Shown here piece after piece: positions 24,161-36,470 of a DNA stretch of 64,000 bases (its first letter is position 1; each line of letters starts with the position of its first letter). The stretch comes from Podarcis pityusensis (Eukaryota). The notes under the pieces are model-generated. The model was given only the letters and a program-made list of their open reading frames with translations, had not been told where the DNA came from and made no database searches. Location: NCBI GenBank assembly GCA_964106645.2, contig OZ067044.1. One strand, given 5' to 3'. The translations under genes and the position numbers were made by a program.

Positions 24161-26370
24161 AGGAAATAACACTAGGGACATAAGCCACACATTAATAAAT
24201 CTTTCTCCCAAGATCTGACAAAAGCTGCATCCTACAGATCTCTCTCCCTCCCCCCCCTTTCCTACCCACTTCTCCCTTTAATAGCTAAAACTTTGCAACT
24301 GATATTTATAGTTCTTTTTGCCCCAGTGCATCAGTTTGAAGCTGCCAGGTACTTGGAGGTTAATTTCACTGTGTGCTTTTGTAAATTTATTTGGAAAGAT
24401 AAAGTGTAATCAGTGGATGGTGGGATTTTTTTGAGTGGTGGTGGTGGGATTTCTTTTCTTTCTTCTGGGAAAGAGATTTCTTTAAACCAGGAGAAAGCCA
24501 GGCGCCAGATCTCCTCCCCTTCCCACACTTCCAAAATTTTAATTTTGATGGGTTCATTCTATTCCCCCCCCCTACTTTGCTTGAGACCATGCAGAGCCCC
24601 AATCAGTCGGCAGGCATTAGTGGTTTGGAAGGGTCCTTAGACTGACTTGATTATACAGCAGGTTTGTAAGGGAAGATGAAGAACAAGAAGAAAGTGGGCA
24701 GGAGTTGCAGTAGAAAACCAAACTGAACAAATTATGCTGTTGGGTCTGGTTCAGCTTTAACCTTGAAACAAGGTATGATTTTTTTGGGAGTAGACTTCTG
24801 GATTAGGTGGTGCTCTCTCTGCTCTTCCCTGTTTATGCTGTATTCCTCCATTTAGCACTGTATGTGACCACCTCTAACCTGGATTATAAAGAGGTTTGGT
24901 ACATGCCTAAATTTCATGTTGGATTTGAAATCGGGTTGTCAAAGAGTGCTAACAGACTTCATCATGGTTTGAATTTGTGGAAGGGATGGCTGTGTTTGCA
25001 CATTACTATAAGCCACAGTTTACTGGCTTGTCATCCTTTTTCTGCTCAATCATTGTTTCTTTGCTACTGCTCTGGTGCAAGCAGGACAAACAATCCAAGA
25101 AGCCTGAGCTGGTAATTGTGGTGTCTTTGTCCCTAGCAGCTTTAGGTTGGTTTTCAAGTTGTGGTTTGTTATGGAAGCCTCGATCCCTAACTTGGATGTA
25201 ACAGAAAACCAAGGATTCATTTGCTCTGATTGCGTGATTTTTGGAAAATGAGAAACATGGAAGACTTCAGTCAAGTAAAAAACGATTCATGGAATGGATG
25301 GGTTTTTGTTGACAGCTCAGAATTTAGGCAAATGTAGGAAGGTGTATGAACTTTACACTGTTCTCATTTGATGTTTTTCCCCAGCAGATTTTTGACTGTT
25401 TCGATTAAGGTTGAAGGTACACACTGAACTGAGTTTACAAGAGCATAAGGCATTTGCTCTTGTAACCATATACCCTTGGTACTGGAGACAGAAGAAGGGG
25501 TAGAGCTCCAAACTTCTCAGGATTCAGCTTTATGTCGTCCCCCCCCCCCCCCATTCTGTCAACAGATAAATCCTCTTTGGTATGGGCAATACTAGATTTC
25601 CTAAGAATAAGCAGTTTTATAATGAGAGGCTAAAATGTTTCTCAAGTAATTGTTCAGACTTTTTCTGGTTTCACTCTTTCCCCTCTTATCATTAAAGGTG
25701 CACAGTTGTTTTTCAAGGAAGGGTGTGTTTTGGTTTTTGCCTACTGTGAAATTTGAGAGCTCTTGAGTGTTTAGAGGTTTGACAGTAGAGGCACAAGAGC
25801 GGTAGACATAGCTGCAAGCAACCTTGCAGCAAGGGAATCAGACATAACTTTCCACTGGAGGATTTCAAACACCACAAGAGCAAATGCAGGTTCTTGGATT
25901 TTTAAATTGTGCAAGTAATGGTATGTACTTCGTGTATTGTTTGGATGAATTTGGTGGTTGGTTGGTTAATGGGTATACAGACAATTCTGGTAACTGCAGA
26001 AGGTAGAGAACTTTCGGCTGTGTACTGATAATAGCATGTTTTGCTTGCTTCTCAAATATGCAATAACTTTGTCTCAACATTCCCCTATGGTAACAACTGT
26101 TCTCTAGAGACTTGGTGCTGGCAGTATAAAGAGTATCCATATTATTTTCTCTTTTTCTTTGTCCATAATAGTGACTCAAGTTTGGATTTTGTAGCAATTC
26201 AGGCTGAAATTCTCCAAAAGCTGAAACCGCCTTCAAAAGCACAACCAAATCTGCTGAGGGGTTTGTGTGTGTGTGTTCCTCTGGTATGTTTCTTTCTTGC
26301 CTGTTTCAGTGTCTGGCATAGTGTTTAAAGTTCCTTTTCTCTCTCTGAGATGGGATGAACCCTGGTACTT

Positions 26371-26585
26371 ACCGTATTTTTCCATGTATAACACACCCTT
26401 GTGTATAAGATGACCCCTATTTTTTGGGACTCAAAATTAAGGAAATGGGGGGAGATTGCCCACAGTTCTTAACCTCCTTTGAGGAGGATTGCCCAATTGT
26501 TGAGCTTTTTTTTGGGGGGGGGGGAATTACCCAGAGTTGTTCAGATTGCCGACAATAGCTTATCCGCTAGCGGCTTATAGATACC
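26371..26585 (+). mobile_element. Tc1/mariner-type DNA transposon left-end fragment
   Basis: TA|CCGTATTTTTCCATGTATAACACACC...TATAAGATGACCCC resembles Tc2/mariner MITE termini. No right TIR seen. Confidence 0.5.
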
Positions 26586-28836
26586 AAAAATTAATTACAT
26601 TATAAAGAAAAACATCAGCCTAGTTTCAGGGGCAATGGAATTGTTAAATTGGAATTAAATTATTAGTATTCATTTATTTAGAATACTCATTCCAGTTTTC
26701 AGCAGGGATGGGCTTTCACATAGGCATCTTCCATCCTTGAAAAAATGAACACACTCACTCAGTAATCTCGCCAATATATATGTAGGTTCTGGTTGTTTTA
26801 GAGGCAACCCCTCCCTTGAAGCTCCTCTTCTCCCTTCCTCCCATATCAGAAATATATAAGATGTCAAGGCCGGAAGGACAGGGCTCCTCCTGCCACAACA
26901 GTTCTTTCCTCAGAGAGCTGACTTGATGACATTTGATGGAATTGTCTTTCTTTTTTCCCAGTCTCAGTTTTTAGTTCGACTCTCTTGTCTTTGGCAAAGA
27001 ACAGTCCCTCCTTAACACCCCCCTCCCCCTTTTCCACATTTCTGGAGCAGAACTGATAATATCTAGGCCAGGAGGACAGGGCTGTTACCACACAGTTATT
27101 TCTGCAGACACATCTAATGTACCCTTCCAGACAACACAAGAAAGTATGTTATGATCATACTGTATTTGTTGGATGTGCTGTAAAGTGGTAAATCTGGTTT
27201 TGGAGTGCTTAGACGGATTGTGTTCTGAATGCTGTAATCAGAATTGGGGAATGGTAAGATAGGCGTAAGGGGGATCTATTTTGAACTCTAACACAAAAAT
27301 GTTTTCCTTCCCATTTTTAAGACTTGATTGCCTTATTCTGTCCTCTTGCTCTCTGTACATGTTCTGGAAAATGTAAGTTTATTTTTTCTTAACTGCTCAA
27401 GCAACTTATTGGGCTAGGCTTGCAGAAGACTGGCATTTGGAGTAGCCGGTTAGCAGATGGTTGGAATGTGTGCAAGGACATCCAGTGGTATACAAGCATG
27501 CATGGTAGTCTAATTGCCGTGCATTTTTCTGTTAACTTTTTTTGGCAACAGAAAAAACTTTTATCAGAAGCAATGTGAAGTGATAATTATTCCTTTCTTA
27601 ATTGTATGCTTTTTGTAGTTTTATCTAAACACAATGGAATTACTGAGAGGTTATAAGCTTTTTACCTTCCAAGTCAGCAATTCCTTCTGGTGAGGGGGAT
27701 ATTTAGGTCAAGGTTACTGAAAAAATCGGAGTTTATATTGGTTTAATTACATCTTAATCTATGGGGAAATTGCTACCTGTGTATTCTGATAATACAACTA
27801 TAGAGACTAAAAAATTATATATCTGTATGTGACAGTTGATGCATTTTGGCCAGCTGCCTTCAACTAAATAAAAAGAAATTAGATAGCAGAGGTTGCCCAT
27901 GAAGCTTGTTCTGCCATCTGTATAGTACTTGGATTTCAATCTGGAGAATATCTGTATCCAATCTCCCCAGAACCCAATTGATGTATAAATATCCCCAGTA
28001 GCACAGTGAAAGAGGCAGGAGGAAGGTAGATATCCCCCAGTCCTCCTAAAACTGGTTGTACAACTGTACCATTATCTAGCAAGTTCAAGAAGCATGCAAA
28101 GAAATGTTTAAAACTTGGCATGCATCTGCTTGTACTTGGCATACATCTTTTTAAAATTGGATGCAAGTGCTTAATTTGTTTGTTACATTGGAAGAAATTG
28201 TTTGCTAGTATGATATACTACGTTATACATTACATTATATATTACATTACCAAACAGAGCATATGGCAAAGTGCATATGGCAAAGTGAGTTCAAGCTATG
28301 CTTTAAGGTAAGGTTACCAGATTTTTTTCACTTGGGTCAAGTGCTCTTCATTGCTCAATTAAAAAAAAAATCCAACTTCTGTATTTATATTTGATTGCAT
28401 CATTTTTTTGCTTTCAGTACAGCTTAGTTTTAAGGGGAAATCATTTTAACTTGTGAATACAATTTAAAACTTGCATCTGAAATGGGAGTGTTCATGAGCT
28501 TTGTCATTATGAAGTGTTTTGCCGTTCTAAGTATTCAATTGGAAGTTAATCCATTGAACTAAGAGCGACTTTATTCTGAATAAACATAGACAGGATTGGA
28601 GTGCATGTGATCTAGTGTAAAGCCATTTCTATGTTAAGGCAAGGCTAGCTAATGTGATGGCCTTCTGATGTTGTGGGCTATAATTGGCATCTTCCCCAGT
28701 CCAAAATGTCTGGAGAGTGCCATGTTGGCTATCCCTGTGTTAAGGAGAACTGCTTGGCATTGGACCAGCCATCTTCTCTAATTTGTGGTCATTGTGGACT
28801 GCATATGGCAAAGTGAGTTCAAGCTATGCTTTAAGA

Positions 28837-28943
28837 TAAGGTTACCAGATTTTTTTCAATGAATCCAGGGACACTTTTCAATTTTGATGGATTCTGTATG
28901 GGGACTGATTTTGTATGGGAAACGGGGACATCTGGCAACCTGA
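28837..28943. mobile_element. hAT (Tip100-like) MITE
   Basis: Imperfect TIRs TAAGGTTACCAGA / TCTGGCAACCTGA, with 8-bp flanks CTTTAAGA / CTTTAAGG. Confidence 0.7.
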
Positions 28944-30824
28944 CTTTAAGGGCTTCTTCCCAAAGGCAAAAAATCCTACTATTGTAGGGTGGTAGGTACT
29001 AGTGTAATTTTTGGTCTTGTGCCAGAAACACAACACTGGCATATACCAGGTAATCATAACTTACACCAGTCACATCAAAGTATGCATTTGGACACCCTGC
29101 TTCAGCCTTTTGGCATAAATCCAAGTACAGAAATGGGTGCACACAGTCTATATGGTCAGGAATTTACTACAATCTCCCCATGTGGCTTGGTGATGTGGAG
29201 ATAATTTAAATTTAGCAAAAGCTGCACCTGAGTCTTAAACCTAATTAGTTGAGAAAATGTGCCTCAAAACTTATTGAAGGCAGATAAATGTTTGTAACAA
29301 TTACCATTTCTATCAGCAACAGTAAATATCCAAAGTAAGCAAAGTAAACAAATGTTGTTAAAAGAAAATTTCTGAATCAAGACTACATGTGTAAATTCAT
29401 CCCAGATCACATTTACTAAAACATCCTTTCTTTTAAAAAAAGAATGCTCTGCTTTGTATGTTCAGTACTGGGAACCATTCCCTGGAAAATGGCACAACTT
29501 GGGTTTACTAGCCTTTGAGCATTTAACCACAAATCTCAGTATAGCTCATAGAAAACATTACCTGCTAGTCAAAATAATATCCATTATTATTTATTGGGAA
29601 ATACTGAATCTTGCTTCATTCTGTATCTCATTCAGTCAGCTTGGGCTTTAAGCAACCTAAATAATCTGTTGTCACCTGCAAATATGACTACCCCACTGCT
29701 CACTCGTGATACCACATCATTTTGATCACTGTTTGCTTCCCTCCTTTGTATTAAATACTTGGGAACTAGTGATTTGGGATCATCCCTGTTCTGAGCACCA
29801 AGTTCTCATGCATCACAGTTGTACTCCTCACCTCCTGAAACTGTTTTGAGACTTGACTTTGCATTCTGTTTACTTACTTGCATTCACCTTACTTGCATAC
29901 AATAAAAAAACACTTGTACATGGACATTCGTTTACTCTTTTTGTGCTTGCCCCTCCTTTACTGTCCCCTGCTTGGTCTGATGATTAGTTCAAATTCAATG
30001 TGGGAAAGGTATGTTTCCCTTCTGGTGGAAAGTGTGGGGTGCTACTTAGCAAGATGGGGTAGAGTTGCTTCTTTTTATATAAATCCATTGGTGGATTGTC
30101 TGCTGCATTCTTGCCCCACTATGTTGGCTTATTTGAGGCAAAAAGCAAAATCTTCAGTGTCAAATATTCTTTGCTCATATCTGGAGATTGACCTTCTTGC
30201 AAATGGCTTGTTTTGCTTGACATTGTGTGTATATCAGATATTGGTGCCTTTAAAAACATTTCTGAGCACCGTCATTGTGAATGATTTATAACTCTACTAT
30301 AAAGTTGCTTAGGTGGACTCTTACGGACAGATATGCAAAGAACCGTATCTGTTTCTTAGTGGGGGAATTTTGCTTTTGATTTGTATCGGGTGATGAAACT
30401 CTCTGATCACAGTATGTTAACGTCAAGTTCTCTGCAGGGTACAACAGCAATTGCTTATCAGGTTTTCTTTTATCAGGAGCCTTCTTCTAAGATGTTTGAA
30501 AAAGTAGATCCTTCAGGAGTTTTTCTAGTCGTCTTCTGGCTCTACCACCAGGTGCATGAGTAAAAACCCACTCTAAAGGTCTGCCTGGGAACAATATTCG
30601 TCACAAAAACTGCTTGCTGTTTTGTCTATAACTAACAGCTGCAATTTTCAAAGTCATAAAGACATATTGATATAGAGGGGTCATCCTTGTAAAACACAAA
30701 TCTGGAAAATCATTGTAACACTAAAATAGTTAAGCTTAGCATTCCCTTTGCATTAGCAAATTATAAATCAACTTCAATTTTTTTGGCCTTGCTCATTAGG
30801 CAGAATTGCTCCTCCATATGTATA

Positions 30825-30825
<1 letters not shown>

Positions 30826-30863
<38 letters not shown>

Positions 30864-30877
30864 AAGAGAGAGAGAGA
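30826..30877. repeat. Compound (GT)n(GA)n microsatellite
   Basis: Direct observation. Confidence 0.9.
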
Positions 30878-33649
30878 ATATTTTGAACAGAAGCTGTGAC
30901 GTCTATTGAAATAAAATGTTTGGGCATTAAATATGCACTTATATATTTGTGCCAGACTTCATACAATATGTATGTGAAATGCTTACTGACTGATGGACGT
31001 CTCAAGCTGTGGAAGTTTACAGTGCTTACTCATAAGTAGAGCAGACTGTATCAGCATAAATAAAAGGCATAGTTTATTTTGTTCTCAACAGTTTTTCCAG
31101 TTGAATGGGTCAGGGATGTGGTGGCCATAGCTTTGCCTACATTTCTTATTGAAACCTCACTCCCATGTTAAAGCATCATTGTATAGCTTAGGCAGAATTA
31201 ACAATTTTTGCTGTACGTTCACATGTTGGTAGCAAGCCACTTTGTTATGTTGTGCAACATGATCGTATCACAGCATAGGATGCATTTGGCTTTATCTCTC
31301 TAGAAAAATAGCAGGAAGTTGCTGGACAGTTTATGTGCACAAGCAAGAACATGCCTTCTAGAGTTTCATCATGGATTTTGTTTTCTAAATACCTGTTAAG
31401 ACTCTGTGGGGGAGAATAGTTATAGTTTTGCATTCAAGTGATTTAATTCCAGAAAGTTCAGTTGCATCTATTTTCTGTTAAATATTTTAATGTGATAGCT
31501 CTCGTTTCCCCCTCTCTCAACTTCCTTTCAATATTCTAAGCTGAGACATGAATATTAAGGATGAAAGGCACTGAACTCAGATTTTCTTACGTGCTGATTT
31601 TGGAGGATGTGGACACCTTAGAACTCAATCTTGTTTCACTCCTTGAAAACTCTGTCTTCCTGTCAGGCTATCTAGTCAACTGGGATAATATGACATTTAA
31701 AATTGCATCACAACAGTTGTTTAAAACCTGGACATTTTAAGTGGTGGCCCACTGAGATCATCTTTCTAGGAATGAAAATCCCCAAAGCTGGTTAAAGTGA
31801 ATTTAGCTTTCATACTTGATCAAATAAAAGCCGATTTAGACTGCTGGGAGACATTAGTGGTCAATCTTTGTAGGAAGTTCCGTATCATTAGCATGAAAAT
31901 TCTTCCTCATCTCATTTATATTTTAAGGGGCCTTCCTGTCTCAATTTCACAGCATTATTTTACAGAAACCTGTTGACCTTAAAAAAATCCCTTTGTGGAA
32001 CTGCCTATCCCATTTCACTCTCCAGTAGCTCTGACTCCTTGCTTGATTGGGAGTTTAACAATCTTGGTCCCCACATCGTATCACAGAACCTTTTCTTCTA
32101 GCATGTCTTTGACAATGAGTTCCTCAAACTGCAATGGCGCATACATACAGTTTTGACCCATTATAAAGGTCACTGCCCTTGTATAGTTGGCTCTAGGGCA
32201 GGGATGAAGAACACGTGGTCCCCTGCCCCAGAATTGTCCTATGATTTTGTTTTTGTTCTCTGAATCTAATGTCAACCATGCCATCATGGCATACTCAGAA
32301 ATGTTGTTATACTGTACATGGTACGTTACCTGACTCCCATTTTCCAGTAGAGAGAATTCTAGTTGCAGGTGATAAGTCAGAAACCATTCCACATGGTCAT
32401 GTCTAGTAGAACCTTCTAAACAATTTAGCAAAAAGACCATTGGGTGCAATGGAACTCCATGTCCCAAAATTTTGTTGACTCCTGTGGGAAAGGTGAGCAC
32501 AAGAGCAGTTTTCCTCTCCTGTAGTTTCCAGCAGCTCATATTCAGTAGCATACTGCCCTCAACCTTGGAGGCAGAGCATAGCTATCATGGTAAGTACCCA
32601 CTAATAGCCTTTATCTCCATGAATTAATCTCTCCCCCCCCCCCCTTTATTCTTTTTCTGCACTTCTGGACATACAGTATATCTGCAAGTTCTTCAATATT
32701 CTGATTGCCAATTTTTAATGCTGTTCCTGTTCTTATTTTCTTTAATACTGCATCCTTTACTCAAACACTAAAAAATTAATTACAAACATCTTTATCCAAC
32801 TTGTTGGTTTTTTTTGCATGTCTTGAGTTTATCCTGTATGCCCATAAAATGCTGGTTTCATAATCTTCATCTAGTTCTAAGAAATCTTTGATACTAGGGA
32901 CACCAATCAGTTGTTTTATAACTGTCTCGTAGCTGTCATTGCCTGCTCAAGAGGCAATTTTACTCATAATTAAGAAGAAATATGACTAGCATCTTACTTT
33001 GTTATTAATGCTAAAAATTGCATCTCTGCAGAAATGTAAAAGACATCTGCTGGGAATTAAAAATAACTTTTTAAGTTCTATACATTAATACACATCCAGA
33101 TATTAAGAAGCTACTCTGATATTCCAAGAAGGGGAGAAATCTTTGTATAAAGAGGATCGATAGTTTTTCATTTTAGCCAAGGGTTGACACCTTATTAAGT
33201 ATTTAACAGTTACGTCACAAACAACAAAGACTACAGATCGTTGTATGGAAGACAAAAGTTTTGTTTGCCATTAGAATTTATGAAGTTCCAGTTTACATTT
33301 TGAGTCATTGCAACATTAGGTGTTTACTTACTCATTTTCAGTTCCAGATTTAGGGCATTGGTTTGTTTTGTATTTGCATGAATTAGCATTTCTGGTTTTC
33401 AGTGACCTTTGAGAGGAATAAGTTCTAAATACACTAAGGTACTTCACTGAGAAAGATGTTGTCCTGCTTTTGTAAAGAAAAAATACAGCTGCATCTCCTT
33501 CAGCTTGCTTCTGGATAATAATATATAGTGAAAGCTCCTGCTAGCTTCCAGGAGGGACTTGCTTCTGTTCTTTATTGTCACTCTTTAAAAAGTAATTGTT
33601 TGAAAATGCATGTTAGGGTGTGAGGCTATCAAGTGAACAGAATGGGCTT

Positions 33650-34071
33650 ACTGGTACACGCACAAAATATTGGAGTAGAAGAGATTCGAAAGGCTGATTG
33701 CTATGGCTGTTCTTCTTTTAGGATTTATTGCGGCCGCAGCCAGATTTAGCAAAATACGTTTACCCATCTGGCAGCCTAGAATTGTCTCGTCAGCTGAAGC
33801 TAATGGACTTAGTGATGGATGCCTTTTGTTTGCGCTGCCTGACTTTTGAGTGAAAGGAGACAAAAGAAGCTCCACTGGCTTCACTGTACTGTGTGATAAG
33901 CTCGTGACCAAAGGCTGCTGCACTATGTTCTCTGTGAAACGGGATGGGGGGAGAGCAAATATTAATTGACAACTTAAGTGTTTTGGATCTAAGAATGCTG
34001 AAGCTGTACTGAATATACCGAATTCTAGCAGGCTTTGTAAGCAAGAACCTACATGGAAAGACTATACTGTG
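33650..34071 (+). other. Candidate alternative first exon ending ATG GAA AGA CTA TAC TGT G|GTAAGT; start approximate
   Basis: Repeat-free, locally CpG-retaining block (includes GCGGCCGC) ending in a consensus GTAAGT donor at 34072. ATG at 34053 has an upstream in-frame stop. Confidence 0.35.
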
Positions 34072-36269
34072 GTAAGTATTATGTAAGACGATTCTGTTTT
34101 GCCAGTTTAATGTGTGCATTGGATGCAGTTGCTGCTATGCCCGGATTCTGAATATTTTTAGTCTTTTGTTGTATGTAACCTGAAGACCCATTTGTATCAA
34201 TTAGGTTAATAGTTAGGACCTTTGTGATTATTCTGCATTTTGTTTCCCAAGATGGGTGTTCATGTGGCTAAATTACATGCACTGAAAATCCATCAAGTCC
34301 ATTTTCAATGATCAAACATGTCCCCTCCCCCATTTTTCATTACAGAATAAAAATATATCTGGAACAAAATTAAACTTTGTTAGTTTGATTGGGATGCTGC
34401 AGTATCCTTTCTTGGTATGCGGGATGGTTAAATATGGGCGTGTTGATATGGTAACTGACAGCTCTGTGTATGTATCTGTGTGCATTAAAGTACACCTTAT
34501 CAAGAGCACATTGACAAAGTATGATCATAAGAAATAAGAAGTAGCCGATTGATTTTCCTAATACATAAAGCTGTGTGGTACTGAAACATTTTGTTTCCTC
34601 AGTCAGCTCAGTTTCATCAAAGAATGTCACAAGAGCTAGTTTCAATTTGTTCACATTTTTATTTTGTATTGTAAACCAATTATCTTCACTGATTTAAAGA
34701 TATTGAGCATATAGCCATTTCAAAGTGGCATTGAGTTTTCGTAAAAGTAGTGAGACAATTGTGACTATAAATCACTTGTGGAGCAGCTTTTTTCCGTTAC
34801 TCACAACATTTGGATGTCACACTAAAACAGGAGTAGCTAACTTGTGGTCCTCCCATATGTTTGGCTGCCATCTTCTCTCACCAGCCCCAGCAGGCATAGC
34901 TAATGGTTAGGGATTGTGGAATTTGTAGTCTGGAAAAAGGTGGCTAGGACTTAATCCTTGAGTTTAAAGTCCCACTTCCCTGGTAACTGGAAGAACATGC
35001 TCTACGTTGCCTAGATATAGATGTGTCTTTGTATTAAAAGTTTAAGTGTTCAGAATTTCCCATCTACCAGCATTTGCTGCATTAATAAAATGTGTTTATT
35101 GCCTTTGGATTAAAAATGCCCCAGAGGTGTATTTGATAAAGGCCTGCATAATTGGTGGCTCACCAGTCAGAATACAACACACCAGCCATGTCTGGTCGTT
35201 GCTGTGTGCTTGAGAAGCCCTCAGCTCTTGCTGACCTAGGCAAGGGGTGAGGGGGGGGTGTGGCCACGTGTTTTAGGTAAGGAAAATGTCATTGGTTCCT
35301 CCACTTCCCACAACATATATTTATTAGCTACCTTTCTTTGACCTCCAAGATATATTTGTACCAAATATTTGTACCAATATTTGATTGGTGATTAAAACTT
35401 GCCTCTTGCTGTTAGGAGAAAGTCGGTGTCATTATGCTGTTAATACGCATAAATTGATTGGTCTGCACAGTGCATTACGGGAAAGATACGCTTCAGCCAT
35501 CATTTTAAATGTTGATTATGCTTTCATGGTTCTACACTAAATATATTCATTTGACTCATTTGACTCTTAATGGACACCCAAAACCATTCATGCTGAATGT
35601 GTTATTCTTGTCAGTGCTCTGACAAAAAAAACACACACTTAACATTTCTAGATGTTTCACTGTAACTTCAGGAATCCCTGTAAGCAGATGGCTTATACAA
35701 ACAGTGCACACTTCATTCATGCTACCTGGAATTCCTTTGTTAGTTAGTCTTCGTAGGCTGCAGACTTTGGAGTCCTTCTATGGAGTGGATTCTCCACCTT
35801 TCATGTGAAAAGTGGAACAGCTGATGTCTCTTGAAAAGCATCAGCAACCATTAGCCAGACTGTGAGGAGGACAAAGTATTTACCATATTAGTTCTTCAGA
35901 TTGACATCTTTTATCATCCCTTGTCCTTATCTTCCTCTTTGGTCATTTTAAATTGCATGTTTTTTCTTTTCCAGTCTTACTTTTTGTGAAGCCCCATAAT
36001 TCTTTACCACTAACTGGAGCAATAAAGAAATAAGTGGTCTTGGGAATATTTAGCTAGAGGTGGGTAAATCAGTGGTCTAACTTAGAAGAAGGATTTGCAG
36101 TTTCTCTCCTGAATGAATCCAATTTTTTTACAAGTTTATATTTTAACCTACAGAAGAAAACAACAGGATTATTGTATGACGTTTGGAATACATGATGCTG
36201 ATGAGTGCATCCATTAAATACACAGTTTATTACTTATTTCATTTGTACCCAGGCCTGTTGAACAAATCA

Positions 36270-36470
36270 GTCTTTGCCTGTCAGTAAAAGGAAAGCAGAA
36301 AGCAGGGCAGCATAACATCGCATGGATGGGAGTTCCACAATCTGGGAGCAAGCTACTAAGAAGGTGCTCTCTTGTGTTCTTACTAAACATGCCTGTGAAT
36401 GTGAGAGGGCTGAGAGAAAGACTTCCCCAGAAGATCTTAAAGCCCGGGCTCCCATAGGAAGATACACATC
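36270..36470 (-). mobile_element. L2 LINE fragment
   Basis: Minus strand RALRSSGEVFL..., a degenerate L2 ORF2 C-terminal RxLRS motif. Confidence 0.55.

Noticed and set aside
24285-24302. AAAACTTTGCAACTG as the right TIR of the SPR-carrying element
   Set aside because: Too weak a match, and no 8-bp duplication of the left flank CTCAAGTC.
32081-32551. 156-aa minus-strand ORF
   Set aside because: No recognisable domain or splice context. Begins in a repeat fragment.
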